This document shows positions 26,900 to 35,162 of a DNA stretch of 64,000 nt, one piece after another. The first letter of the stretch is position 1. The number at the start of each line of letters is the position of its first letter. Below the pieces are notes generated by a model. That model was not told where the DNA came from, did not search any database, and saw only the letters and a program-made list of their open reading frames with translations. The stretch spans positions 12,065-76,064 of the forward strand of contig CANQFJ010000002.1 of the NCBI GenBank assembly GCA_947598485.1, given 5' to 3'. The translations under genes and the position numbers were made by a program. Source of the DNA: an uncultured Bacilli bacterium (GTDB lineage: Bacteria; Bacillota_I; Bacilli_A; RF39; UBA660).

Positions 26900-27940
26900 A
26901 TGAAAATAAAAAAAGTTATTAAAATAATAGCATTTATTTTGATATTTATGCTAATTTGGAATTATGTTTTTACAATTATATGGGCTAATAGAAATTCTAT
27001 TTCTCAATTTTATGAAGAACCTAAAAATAGCTTAGATGTAGTATATATTGGCTCAAGCAATAGTTATGCCCATTTTAATAACACTTTAGCATATCATCTT
27101 TATGGATATACTACAGGATTATTAGCTAGTGATGGACAACCTTTTGCGCTAGTAGAGTATTTATTAAAAGAAGCCACTAAATATCAAAAACCTAATGTTT
27201 ATGTTATAGATATAAATTGTATTACAACTGATGTTGGTTATTTTAATAGTGGAGATGTTCGTAAAGTCACTGACAATATGAAATTTAGTAAAAATAGAAT
27301 TGATGCTATTAATGATCTTATTCAGTATTTACCCCAAGAAGATCAAGATGAAAAGCTAAGTTTTTATTTTAGCTTCTTGACTTACCACAACTCTTGGCGT
27401 TATATAGGAGACTATAGCTTTAAGCCTATCAGCTTAATTAAAGGGCACTTAATAGATGAAGGCACAGCAGTAATAAGTCCTGAAGAGGAATATGTTTGGA
27501 AAAAGGAAGAGATGGAGCTTCCAGAGGAAAATAAACAAATTTTAACCGACTTAATGGATTATATAGAAGATGAAAAATTAGAGGTATTATTTGTAATTCC
27601 TCCAAGAAGTTTTACAGAAGAAAATAATAAAAAATTAAATTATGCGGCAAGAATGTTAGAAGATAGAGGCTTTAAAGTATTTAATGCCAATTTAGTTGAT
27701 GAAATAAATATAGATTTTTCTCATGATTTATATAACTCCGCTCATTTAAATGCATATGGAGCTACTAAATTTACAAAATATTTTGCAAAATATCTAAAAG
27801 ATAATTATAACTTAAAAGATCATAGATCAGATGAAAAATATGAATCTTGGAATAAAGCTTATGAAGAGTATGTAGAAAGATTTGAAAAGGTGACAGGCGA
27901 GAACTTTCAAGATTATTTAGATAATGGAAGCGAAAAGTAG
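26900..27940 (+). CDS. DltD/AlgX-like partner protein (paralog 3)
   Basis: Same architecture and motifs (IGSSNSYAHFNNTLAYHLYGYTTGLL, SAHLNAYGATKF). Confidence 0.55.
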   Translation: MKIKKVIKIIAFILIFMLIWNYVFTIIWANRNSISQFYEEPKNSLDVVYIGSSNSYAHFNNTLAYHLYGYTTGLLASDGQPFALVEYLLKEATKYQKPNVYVIDINCITTDVGYFNSGDVRKVTDNMKFSKNRIDAINDLIQYLPQEDQDEKLSFYFSFLTYHNSWRYIGDYSFKPISLIKGHLIDEGTAVISPEEEYVWKKEEMELPEENKQILTDLMDYIEDEKLEVLFVIPPRSFTEENNKKLNYAARMLEDRGFKVFNANLVDEINIDFSHDLYNSAHLNAYGATKFTKYFAKYLKDNYNLKDHRSDEKYESWNKAYEEYVERFEKVTGENFQDYLDNGSEK

Positions 27941-27991
27941 TGTATCATCGTATAACTCAAGAAAACTTTTAGATAGGAGTGAAGCGATTAA

Positions 27992-28705
27992 ATGAAAAAA
28001 ATCCATATTTCTATTGATGATACTATTAATGTCTTTCAAGATTTAACTACTTATGGTGAAAATTACAGTAGTATTTTTGATAACTGGTTTCTTAAAGAGT
28101 TAAAGAAATTACATGATGATTATGGCATGAAATTTACTTTATATTGTTTTTTAGAGAATATGGATTTAAGTTTTGAGTTGAAAAATTGTACAACCAAATT
28201 TAGACAAGAATTCAAAAAAAATAAAAAATGGTTGAGATTTGGTTTCCATGGTCTTAATGGAAAAACAAAACTAGAAAAATTAACTGCTAAAGAAATTGAA
28301 TCAATGTATTTAGACTTTAGCAATATATTATATAAAGTTACGGGATTAAAGCCCTATAAGTTGGTTAGAATTCATAATTGGAATCTAAACTATGATACAA
28401 TTATGATGTTAAAGAAATATCGCTTAAAGTATTTAACGAGAGAAGATAATGATAAATCGTATAATTTAAGTGATGTTGATTTAGAAAAATTAAATTTATA
28501 TGGCAAAGTTATTAGTAATGGTATAACTTATAAAAAATCATCATTTAGATTAGAAAAGATTAGTACTCATGATATGGAAGATATTTTGAACTGTAAAACT
28601 AAAGAATATTATATTTATACGCATGAGTGGATGCTTTATGATAATTTAAATGAGACGCTAAATAAGTTAAAGCTTATTGGCAAATGGGCTAGCAAATATA
28701 TATAA
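27992..28705 (+). CDS. Hypothetical cytoplasmic protein, possibly with a carbohydrate-esterase (CE4-like) fold
   Basis: The N-terminus has HISIDDT (similar to the NodB motif TFDDG), and His residues follow at FGFHG and RIHNW. It has no signal peptide. The family assignment is uncertain. Confidence 0.3.
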   Translation: MKKIHISIDDTINVFQDLTTYGENYSSIFDNWFLKELKKLHDDYGMKFTLYCFLENMDLSFELKNCTTKFRQEFKKNKKWLRFGFHGLNGKTKLEKLTAKEIESMYLDFSNILYKVTGLKPYKLVRIHNWNLNYDTIMMLKKYRLKYLTREDNDKSYNLSDVDLEKLNLYGKVISNGITYKKSSFRLEKISTHDMEDILNCKTKEYYIYTHEWMLYDNLNETLNKLKLIGKWASKYI

Positions 28706-28723
28706 GTGAAAGAGAGAATGACT

Positions 28724-30163
28724 ATGGAAAAAATAAAAAGATTAGTAAATTGTGTTATTCCCATCACGGTGTGCAATTTTAAATGTCATTATTGCTATTT
28801 GGCTCAAACAAATTCATTTGATAAAAATATACCTCAGCTAAAATATGATCTAGATATTATAAAAAAAGCATTAACTAAAGAAAGACTTGGAGGAACCTGT
28901 TTAATTAATTTATGTGCTGTTGGCGAAACTTTAATGGCACCATATCTATTTAAGCTAACAAAAGACATGCTTGATAATGGACATTACGTTGCCATAGTTA
29001 CAAATGGTTCTTTAACAAATAAAATTAAGGATTATTGTGAATTATCAAAAAGTGAAAAAAATAGATTATTTTTTAAATTTTCATATCAATTTATGGAGCT
29101 TAAAAGATTAAATTTATTACAAACGTTTTTTGACAATGTTAAAATGGTTCGTGATGCGGGAATTTCTTATACAGTTGAATTAACTGTGAATGATGAATCT
29201 ATTCCATTTATTGATGAAATTAATGAAACGTGTTTAAAAAATGTGGGAGCTTATCCTCATGTTATAGAGTCTAGAGATAATAATGATGGATATAAAAAAC
29301 TTACTAAGTTACCTAATGATAAGCATATGAAGGCGTGGTCAAAAATGGCAAGCCCAATTTTGACATTTCAAGATAAACTATGGTTGAAAAAACGTAAAGA
29401 ATTTTGTTATGCTGGCGATTGGGTCTTAAATCTTTATTTAGAAAATGGAAACTTGACGCCTTGCTTCGCTGGTGGCCCAGTTATTCAAAATATATTTGAG
29501 AATATTGATGAACCGATTCATTTTGAAGCAATAGGTAATAAATGTCCGTGGGAACATTGTTTTGCTTGTCATGTTTTGCTTACTCTCGGTGCTATTCCTC
29601 AATTAGATACTCCTAAATATTCAGAAATAAGAAATAGAAAAACTAAAGATAACAAAGAATGGCTAACTAAAGATATGAAAAGCTTTATGTCCTCAAAGTT
29701 TATTGAAAGTAATCTTGAATATTCGCAAAACAAAAAGGAAGTAATTAATTGGTATCGGGATATTGAATTAAATGGGAAAGAATGCGAAAGTAATGAATTT
29801 GCTAAGGCTTTAGACGAAACTTTAAAGGCTAGAAATATTAAGAGTGTTGGCATATATGAAAATGAAAAATACGAAAAAAGTTTGATTAATGGATTACTAC
29901 GTACATCCATTAAGGTGAAATACATTATTTCACCTAACTATAAAGAATATAATAATATAAAACATTATATTATTCATCAATTAAAATATGTTATAAAAAA
30001 GCGTATAAGAAAAGAAAAAGTGCCAATTTTAAATTATTATGACAGGTTACCCAATGTAGATGCTATAATAGTTACAGATATAACAAATTTTGATAGAATA
30101 AAAAAGGAAGTAAAAGAAAAAATACATAAGGAAGCTATATTGATTACAGAAATTGAGAGGTAG
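28724..30163 (+). CDS. Radical SAM enzyme with a C-terminal auxiliary cysteine cluster (SPASM/twitch-like)
   Basis: CNFKCHYC is a CX3CX2C motif. The SAM-binding region CAVGETLMAPY follows, and later Cys clusters are CYAGD...CFAGG and CPWEHCFAC. An AAGAGAGA RBS precedes the ATG at 28724; the GTG at 28706 is an alternative start. Confidence 0.65.
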   Translation: MEKIKRLVNCVIPITVCNFKCHYCYLAQTNSFDKNIPQLKYDLDIIKKALTKERLGGTCLINLCAVGETLMAPYLFKLTKDMLDNGHYVAIVTNGSLTNKIKDYCELSKSEKNRLFFKFSYQFMELKRLNLLQTFFDNVKMVRDAGISYTVELTVNDESIPFIDEINETCLKNVGAYPHVIESRDNNDGYKKLTKLPNDKHMKAWSKMASPILTFQDKLWLKKRKEFCYAGDWVLNLYLENGNLTPCFAGGPVIQNIFENIDEPIHFEAIGNKCPWEHCFACHVLLTLGAIPQLDTPKYSEIRNRKTKDNKEWLTKDMKSFMSSKFIESNLEYSQNKKEVINWYRDIELNGKECESNEFAKALDETLKARNIKSVGIYENEKYEKSLINGLLRTSIKVKYIISPNYKEYNNIKHYIIHQLKYVIKKRIRKEKVPILNYYDRLPNVDAIIVTDITNFDRIKKEVKEKIHKEAILITEIER

Positions 30164-30166
30164 TAT

Positions 30167-33145
30167 ATGAAAAAGAAAAACGCTATAATGATTGCTGACA
30201 CTAGACCAGCATTAATGGGTAATATCTTAGTACAATTAAATGATACAAATAAAGGCTTATTTGATGAAGCATTAATTTATTATGATACTATAACTGAAAA
30301 AGATAAAGAAGTAATGAGTAGTATAATGCCATGTCGTTTTATTAAGTTTGATTATGAGTTGCCAAATGAGGTAAAGGCTTTACCAGCTTTTGAAAAATTC
30401 TCATCTCTTATGTTTGCTCGTTATTATATGTTTGATATGCTTGATGAATATGAAACTGTAACATGGATTGATACTGATGTTTTAATAACGGGAAGCTTAC
30501 AAGATGTTATAGAAAAAGCTAAAATAAATGGAATGGCTGCGAATTTTGAAGACCCCATTAATAAATCTTATAAAACTACTGATATTGTTAAAACTAGCTT
30601 CTCAATGCCAATTAATAATTATGACATGAATCGCTATAATATGAGTTCAGGATTAATTACGATTGCAGATACTCTTGAAAATTATGAGAAAATGACTAAG
30701 TGGTGTTTTGAAAAAACAATAGAATATGCTGAGTATTTAAGCTTACCGGATCAAGGAATACTAAATATATTAATACAAGAATTTAATATTGATGTGGCTA
30801 GTGTCGGAGAAAATGGTGCTTATTGTTTTTATCCTAGTTATAATAGAGATGCTAGTAAAGCTAAAATTGTCCATGCATGGGGTGCACGTAAGTTTTGGAA
30901 AAGTTGGTATTTATATAATAAATTTCCAGATTGGAAAAAGTATTATGAAAAATGGGTAAGTATGGGCGGTAGCGATTTTTTTGGTGAAATTAAGCCAGAT
31001 ATTTCTGTAGTAATTCCAACTTATAATACCAACGTTAATTACTTTAAAGATGTTCTTGAAGATTTACTTGTTAATCAAGTTCAAGAACATGGCTTTCAAT
31101 ATGATAATTTTGAAGTTATATTGGTTGTGGATGGAGATAAGAACGAAGAACTAATTGAATTACTAAAAAAATATAATGATCCAAGAATCGTGTTAAAAAT
31201 CAGTAAAGAAAGATTAGGCATTGCCAAAAGTTTAAACACCGGAATTAAGCTTGCTAAAGCTGATTATATAGCTAGAATAGATGATGATGATAGAATAGCT
31301 CCTGATAGATTGTTTAAGCAATATAAATATTTGAATACCCATAAAAATATTGATTTAGTAACTTCAAACTTTGCTTATTTCGGTGACATGAATGAAGAAA
31401 GAGTTTCTTTTGAAGGAGAAATGTGTAGGGCCTGGGGTATTTTTACTTGCCCATTTAATCATCCAACAATAATGGTAAGAAAAAGTTTTTTGCTTGATAA
31501 TGATTTGCTCTATGATGAATCAAGGTCTCATGTAGAAGATTGGGAACTATGGCAAAGGTGTTTTAAAAAAGGCATGAAAGTTGGAAGTATACCAGAAGTA
31601 TTATATTATCATCGTTGGCATAATAATAGTGCTGGACAAAATCAAAAAACAATTGATATGATGCGTGAACTTGTAAGATTAAATTTTGCTGAGTTAAATG
31701 TTGATTTAACTGAAGAAGATTTAAAAATAGTACCTATTTGGCAAGGAAAAGTCACTGAAAATCAATACAAAAAATTAGAGAGTATATTTAATAAAGCTCT
31801 TAAGAATAATGCTGAGTTAAAAGTTTATGATCAAAGATGTTTGGAAAAAGTCTTTGACTTAAGACTTTATGAAGCGAAGACAGGAACAGTTAAGGATATT
31901 GTTATAAAGAAAGATAAGGTTATACCTAACGCTCAAAATCAATCCAAAACTATTAAACAAAAAATTTTAGGACCTATTTATCGTCCATTTAAAAGGGTTT
32001 TATATAATATTATGGCTGAAGCCGTAAATGACAGTGCTCAATCGATAAGTACTGAGAGCAAGAAAAATAATAAAGAGATTCGCGAAAATTTAGAAAGGCG
32101 AGTTGAAAGTTTTAAAAATCAATTAAATTATTTACATGATCAATTATATGACTTTGAGATGCGGAGCACCTTTATAAGAGAATTTAGTGAAGATAATTTA
32201 TATAATCAAAAAAAATTAATTTTAATAGGAACTAGTGAACACTCTAATATTGGTGATGCTGCTATAACAAGGGGAGAATATGAGTTTATTCGTAAGTATT
32301 TTAGTGATTATAAATTAATAGAGGTTTCAACATATCAATTTAATGATTATCTTCCTTATTTAGAAAACATTATTAATGATGATGATGTTATATTCCTACA
32401 CGGAGGAGGTAATTTAGGAAACAAATATTTAACTGAAGAAAATGTTCGAAGAGTAGTAATAGATACTTTCAAAAATAATAAAATAGTTATATTACCGCAA
32501 ACAATACATTTTGATAATGATGAAGAATTAAATAAGAGTAAAGAGATATATAATCGTCATAATAATTTAATCTTATTTACCCGTGGTGAAAAAAGTTTAG
32601 AATTTGCTAAGAAGAATTTCCCTAAAGTTAAAATCTATAAAGCTATAGATATGGCTTTAAATATGCATATAGACTATAATTATGAAAGAAATGGAATATT
32701 ATGCTGTATTAGGGATTTAAGTGATGAAAGCATTTTAACTAAAGAAGAATATGAAAAAATATTTAGTATTGTTAAAGCTCATGATGCTAACTATGACTTC
32801 ACTAATAATTTAAATACAGAAGATATTAGAAAACAAATACGTAATCATGTAGTGTATAATCAATTAAAATTATTTGCTAAACATAAATTAGTAATAACAG
32901 ATCGTTTACATGGATTAATCTTTTGCTTAATTACTAATACTCCTTGTATAGTAATAAGAAACCATAATCATAAGATTAATGAATTCATAGAAATGCTTAA
33001 AGATAATAAAAATATTTGTTTTATTGATAAGAATATAGATTTATTGGAAAGTAAGATAACAGAACTATTAAATAGTGTACCAATCAATACTGATTATAGG
33101 GATAAATTCGTGGAAGTCGCTAAAATAATAAAAGAAAATAAGTAG
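30167..33145 (+). CDS. Three-domain glycopolymer enzyme (992 aa): an N-terminal GT-A (GT8-like) domain, a central GT2 domain and a C-terminal polysaccharide pyruvyl transferase domain (CsaB/WcaK family)
   Basis: The N-terminal domain has WIDTDVL (DxD). The GT2 domain has ISVVIPTYNT...RIDDDD. The C-terminal domain has IGTSEHSNIGDAAI...VITDRLHGLIF, typical of PS_pyruv_trans. Confidence 0.6.
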   Translation: MKKKNAIMIADTRPALMGNILVQLNDTNKGLFDEALIYYDTITEKDKEVMSSIMPCRFIKFDYELPNEVKALPAFEKFSSLMFARYYMFDMLDEYETVTWIDTDVLITGSLQDVIEKAKINGMAANFEDPINKSYKTTDIVKTSFSMPINNYDMNRYNMSSGLITIADTLENYEKMTKWCFEKTIEYAEYLSLPDQGILNILIQEFNIDVASVGENGAYCFYPSYNRDASKAKIVHAWGARKFWKSWYLYNKFPDWKKYYEKWVSMGGSDFFGEIKPDISVVIPTYNTNVNYFKDVLEDLLVNQVQEHGFQYDNFEVILVVDGDKNEELIELLKKYNDPRIVLKISKERLGIAKSLNTGIKLAKADYIARIDDDDRIAPDRLFKQYKYLNTHKNIDLVTSNFAYFGDMNEERVSFEGEMCRAWGIFTCPFNHPTIMVRKSFLLDNDLLYDESRSHVEDWELWQRCFKKGMKVGSIPEVLYYHRWHNNSAGQNQKTIDMMRELVRLNFAELNVDLTEEDLKIVPIWQGKVTENQYKKLESIFNKALKNNAELKVYDQRCLEKVFDLRLYEAKTGTVKDIVIKKDKVIPNAQNQSKTIKQKILGPIYRPFKRVLYNIMAEAVNDSAQSISTESKKNNKEIRENLERRVESFKNQLNYLHDQLYDFEMRSTFIREFSEDNLYNQKKLILIGTSEHSNIGDAAITRGEYEFIRKYFSDYKLIEVSTYQFNDYLPYLENIINDDDVIFLHGGGNLGNKYLTEENVRRVVIDTFKNNKIVILPQTIHFDNDEELNKSKEIYNRHNNLILFTRGEKSLEFAKKNFPKVKIYKAIDMALNMHIDYNYERNGILCCIRDLSDESILTKEEYEKIFSIVKAHDANYDFTNNLNTEDIRKQIRNHVVYNQLKLFAKHKLVITDRLHGLIFCLITNTPCIVIRNHNHKINEFIEMLKDNKNICFIDKNIDLLESKITELLNSVPINTDYRDKFVEVAKIIKENK

Positions 33146-33150
33146 GAAAC

Positions 33151-34077
33151 ATGATTAAATTTAGTATTATAATTCCTGTATATAATGTTGAAAAATATTT
33201 ATCTAGATGTCTTGATAGTGTAATAAATCAAACGTATAAAGATTATGAAGTAATTTTAGTATGCGATGATTCTGAAGATAAAAGTGAAAATGTAGCAGAT
33301 GAATATGTTGAAAAATATGGCTTTATCAAAATAAAGGCTAGTCACACAGGCTTAAGTAGGGCTAGAAATATAGGTGTAGAGAAAGCCAAAGGAGAATTCT
33401 TAGTTTTTCTTGATAGTGATGATTATCTTGAAAAAGATTTTCTAGAAACTATGCAAAATAATCTTGCGGATAATCCTGATTTAGTTCGTATTCAAGTTCA
33501 AGATATATACCCTGATAAAGTTATTAAACACAGTGAAGTAGGGTTTGATACTACGGGTGGAATAGGGGCCTTTAGTAAGATTATTAAGTATCATTATATT
33601 GAAAATGCCTGGAGCTATATTTACAATAGCAAATTTTATAAAGGTAACAATTTTAAATTTATGGATAATTGTATTGCCGAAGATTATGGTCTTATACCTC
33701 TTATTATTGCTAAAGCCAAAAAGGTGAAATCTTTAGATTATGTTGGTTATAACTATGTCCAAAGAGATAATAGTTTAATGTCTGATTCTGATTACAATAA
33801 AAAAATCAAAAAAATGGATGATATGCTTTTACAAGCTAATTTTTTAAAAAAAGAATTTCAAGAAATAAAAAATAATGAAAACTTTATTCGCTTTATAAAT
33901 AATTCCTTGATTTATTATTCAACTAGATTAAATTATAAAGATTACCGAAAGTATAAGAAGATATTAAAAAATAATAATTGCTTTTGCCATTTAAAGTCTA
34001 AGGGTATAAAAGGAAAGATTAGAGATTTTTTAATTAAAAATAATGCTTACTTATTTTATAATTATATTGTGAGGTAA
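33151..34077 (+). CDS. GT2 family glycosyltransferase
   Basis: FSIIIPVYNVEKYLSRCLDSVINQTY plus FLDSDD (DxD). Confidence 0.8.
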   Translation: MIKFSIIIPVYNVEKYLSRCLDSVINQTYKDYEVILVCDDSEDKSENVADEYVEKYGFIKIKASHTGLSRARNIGVEKAKGEFLVFLDSDDYLEKDFLETMQNNLADNPDLVRIQVQDIYPDKVIKHSEVGFDTTGGIGAFSKIIKYHYIENAWSYIYNSKFYKGNNFKFMDNCIAEDYGLIPLIIAKAKKVKSLDYVGYNYVQRDNSLMSDSDYNKKIKKMDDMLLQANFLKKEFQEIKNNENFIRFINNSLIYYSTRLNYKDYRKYKKILKNNNCFCHLKSKGIKGKIRDFLIKNNAYLFYNYIVR

Positions 34078-34078
34078 T

Positions 34079-35023
34079 ATGGTAAAGGTAAGTTTAATAG
34101 TTCCTGTTTATAAGACAGAAAAATATTTAAATAAATGTATAGATTCTATATTAAATCAAACACTAAAAGATATTGAAGTTATAATAATAAATGATGGATC
34201 ACCCGATAATTCTGAAAAGGTAATAAAAAAATATAATGATTCTAGAATCAAATATTTTAAGCAAGAAAACCAAGGAATAGGTAAAACAAGAAATTTAGGC
34301 ATAGAAAAAAGCCAAGGTGAGTATATTGCCTTTGTAGATAGTGATGATTATTTAGACTTACATTTTTGTGAGTATTTATATAATAAGTGCTATAATGATA
34401 ATTGTGATGTAGCATTATGTGATTATTATGAAGAAAGAGATAGTATTACTAGAGTTAATTTTAAAATCTTTAAAGATACTAATTTAGAAAAGACTCCTAG
34501 TTTAATAAATAATATTAATTTAGGACCTTGTAATAAACTATATAAACGAAGCTTATTAATAGAAAATAATATTCTTTTTGAAGAAAAGTTAAAATATGAA
34601 GATGCTCCCTTTGTTGTTAAGGCTTTACTTAATGCTAAAAAAATAGGTAAATTAGATGAAGCTTTAACATATTATGTTATTCATGAAAAAAGTCAAACAA
34701 CTATTAGAGATGCAAGAATATTTGATATTATTGAAATAGTTAATATTATAGATAATGAAATGAGCAAATTTGCAAATATGCATGAAGCAAAAGTTAATTT
34801 AATTACTATGATATTACTTGATTATACTATTCAACAAAGATATGTTGAAGATAAAAAAATGCGCAATAAGTTTATCGATGAAGCATTTAGTTACTTAGAT
34901 AAAATGGATAAAAATTGGCCAAAATGTTCTTATTTAAAAAATATCCCTTTTAGCAAAAGAATAGTGAAAAGTAATAAGCTTTTAACCAAAATTTATTGTA
35001 GTTGCTGTAATTCTAAACAATAG
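34079..35023 (+). CDS. GT2 family glycosyltransferase
   Basis: VSLIVPVYKTEKYLNKCIDSILNQT plus FVDSDD. Confidence 0.8.
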   Translation: MVKVSLIVPVYKTEKYLNKCIDSILNQTLKDIEVIIINDGSPDNSEKVIKKYNDSRIKYFKQENQGIGKTRNLGIEKSQGEYIAFVDSDDYLDLHFCEYLYNKCYNDNCDVALCDYYEERDSITRVNFKIFKDTNLEKTPSLINNINLGPCNKLYKRSLLIENNILFEEKLKYEDAPFVVKALLNAKKIGKLDEALTYYVIHEKSQTTIRDARIFDIIEIVNIIDNEMSKFANMHEAKVNLITMILLDYTIQQRYVEDKKMRNKFIDEAFSYLDKMDKNWPKCSYLKNIPFSKRIVKSNKLLTKIYCSCCNSKQ

Positions 35024-35162
35024 AATTATAGCGATTTTTTTATTATGTTATCAATTATATAGCTTAGAAAGATGGAAAGAAGTTGCTATTCAGACATTTT
35101 TTGGCAACTAAATAAATCTTTTTATTTTAAAAGATATAAGATATAATTAAATAGAAGTTATT

